This document shows positions 46,243-46,508 of a DNA stretch of 46,508 nucleotides, piece by piece. Made by a program: the position numbers and the translations under genes. This DNA is from Asterionella formosa (Eukaryota). Where the stretch lies: positions 1 through 46,508 of the forward strand of contig NKIB01014181.1 in assembly GCA_002256025.1 (NCBI GenBank), given 5' to 3'. Under the pieces are notes generated by a model. That model was not told the origin of the DNA. It did no database searches and worked only from the letters and a program-made list of their open reading frames with translations. The stretch's first letter is position 1; every line of letters starts with the position of its first letter.

Positions 46243-46477
46243 CAGGGTCGTTCTTATCATTCCGAATTTGCTGTATCATTTCCGGGTTGTGGGCAAAAAA
46301 TGACGGTTGGTATCAAAACACGGTATCAGCAACGGTAACTTGATGGTATCAATTTTGTATCATTGATACAAAATTGATACCTTTTTTTGCCCCCTCCAAA
46401 AACGGTATCAGTGATACTGACGTTTTCACGCGGGTATCATTTCCGTTGTCACTGACAAGATAACCGAAAAAAGCCTG
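46243..46477. mobile_element. Possible non-autonomous DNA-transposon remnant with GGTATCA sub-repeats and a central perfect hairpin
   Basis: CAGG...CCTG ends, many GTATCA/TGATAC motifs, and an 18-bp perfect inverted repeat at 46345..46381. No target-site duplication was seen. Confidence 0.4.
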
Positions 46478-46508
46478 CAGGGCAATACTTTTATGGACAT
46501 CTATATAA

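Noticed and set aside
46345..46388. Rho-independent terminator (hairpin plus T-run)
   Set aside because: Eukaryotic locus, AT-rich stem with a 1-nt loop, and no upstream gene ending there.

Overview
Gene-dense eukaryotic nuclear scaffold with eight N-gaps and short GT-AG introns. It is most likely from a diatom (inferred from signal-peptide-plus-Phe plastid-type presequences, an algal FTO homologue and a Cys-rich CGxxWxxAxxxC module). About 21 protein genes can be supported: a repeat-containing coiled-coil protein, a three-exon MIC13/Mic12-like microprotein that the ORF track misses, a DUF2358 protein, an FG-GAP/NERD1-like protein, four 2OG-Fe(II) dioxygenases (AspH-like, P4H-type, AlkB-like, FTO), three paralogous class-3 lipases, a cyclophilin whose ATG is split by an intron, a divergent frataxin-like protein, a cupin, a Nudix hydrolase, an App1-like phosphatase with C-terminal repeats, a DHHC palmitoyltransferase, a PP2C, a COX14-like protein and two unknowns. 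The intergenic DNA is strongly structured. The palindrome TACCGGTA and its variants recur mostly in 5' flanks, a short inverted-repeat element sits upstream of three different genes, one MITE has a 3-bp target-site duplication, and several tracts are CpG-depleted. No rRNA, tRNA or CRISPR array was seen. All family calls come from motif recognition by eye, not from database searches.
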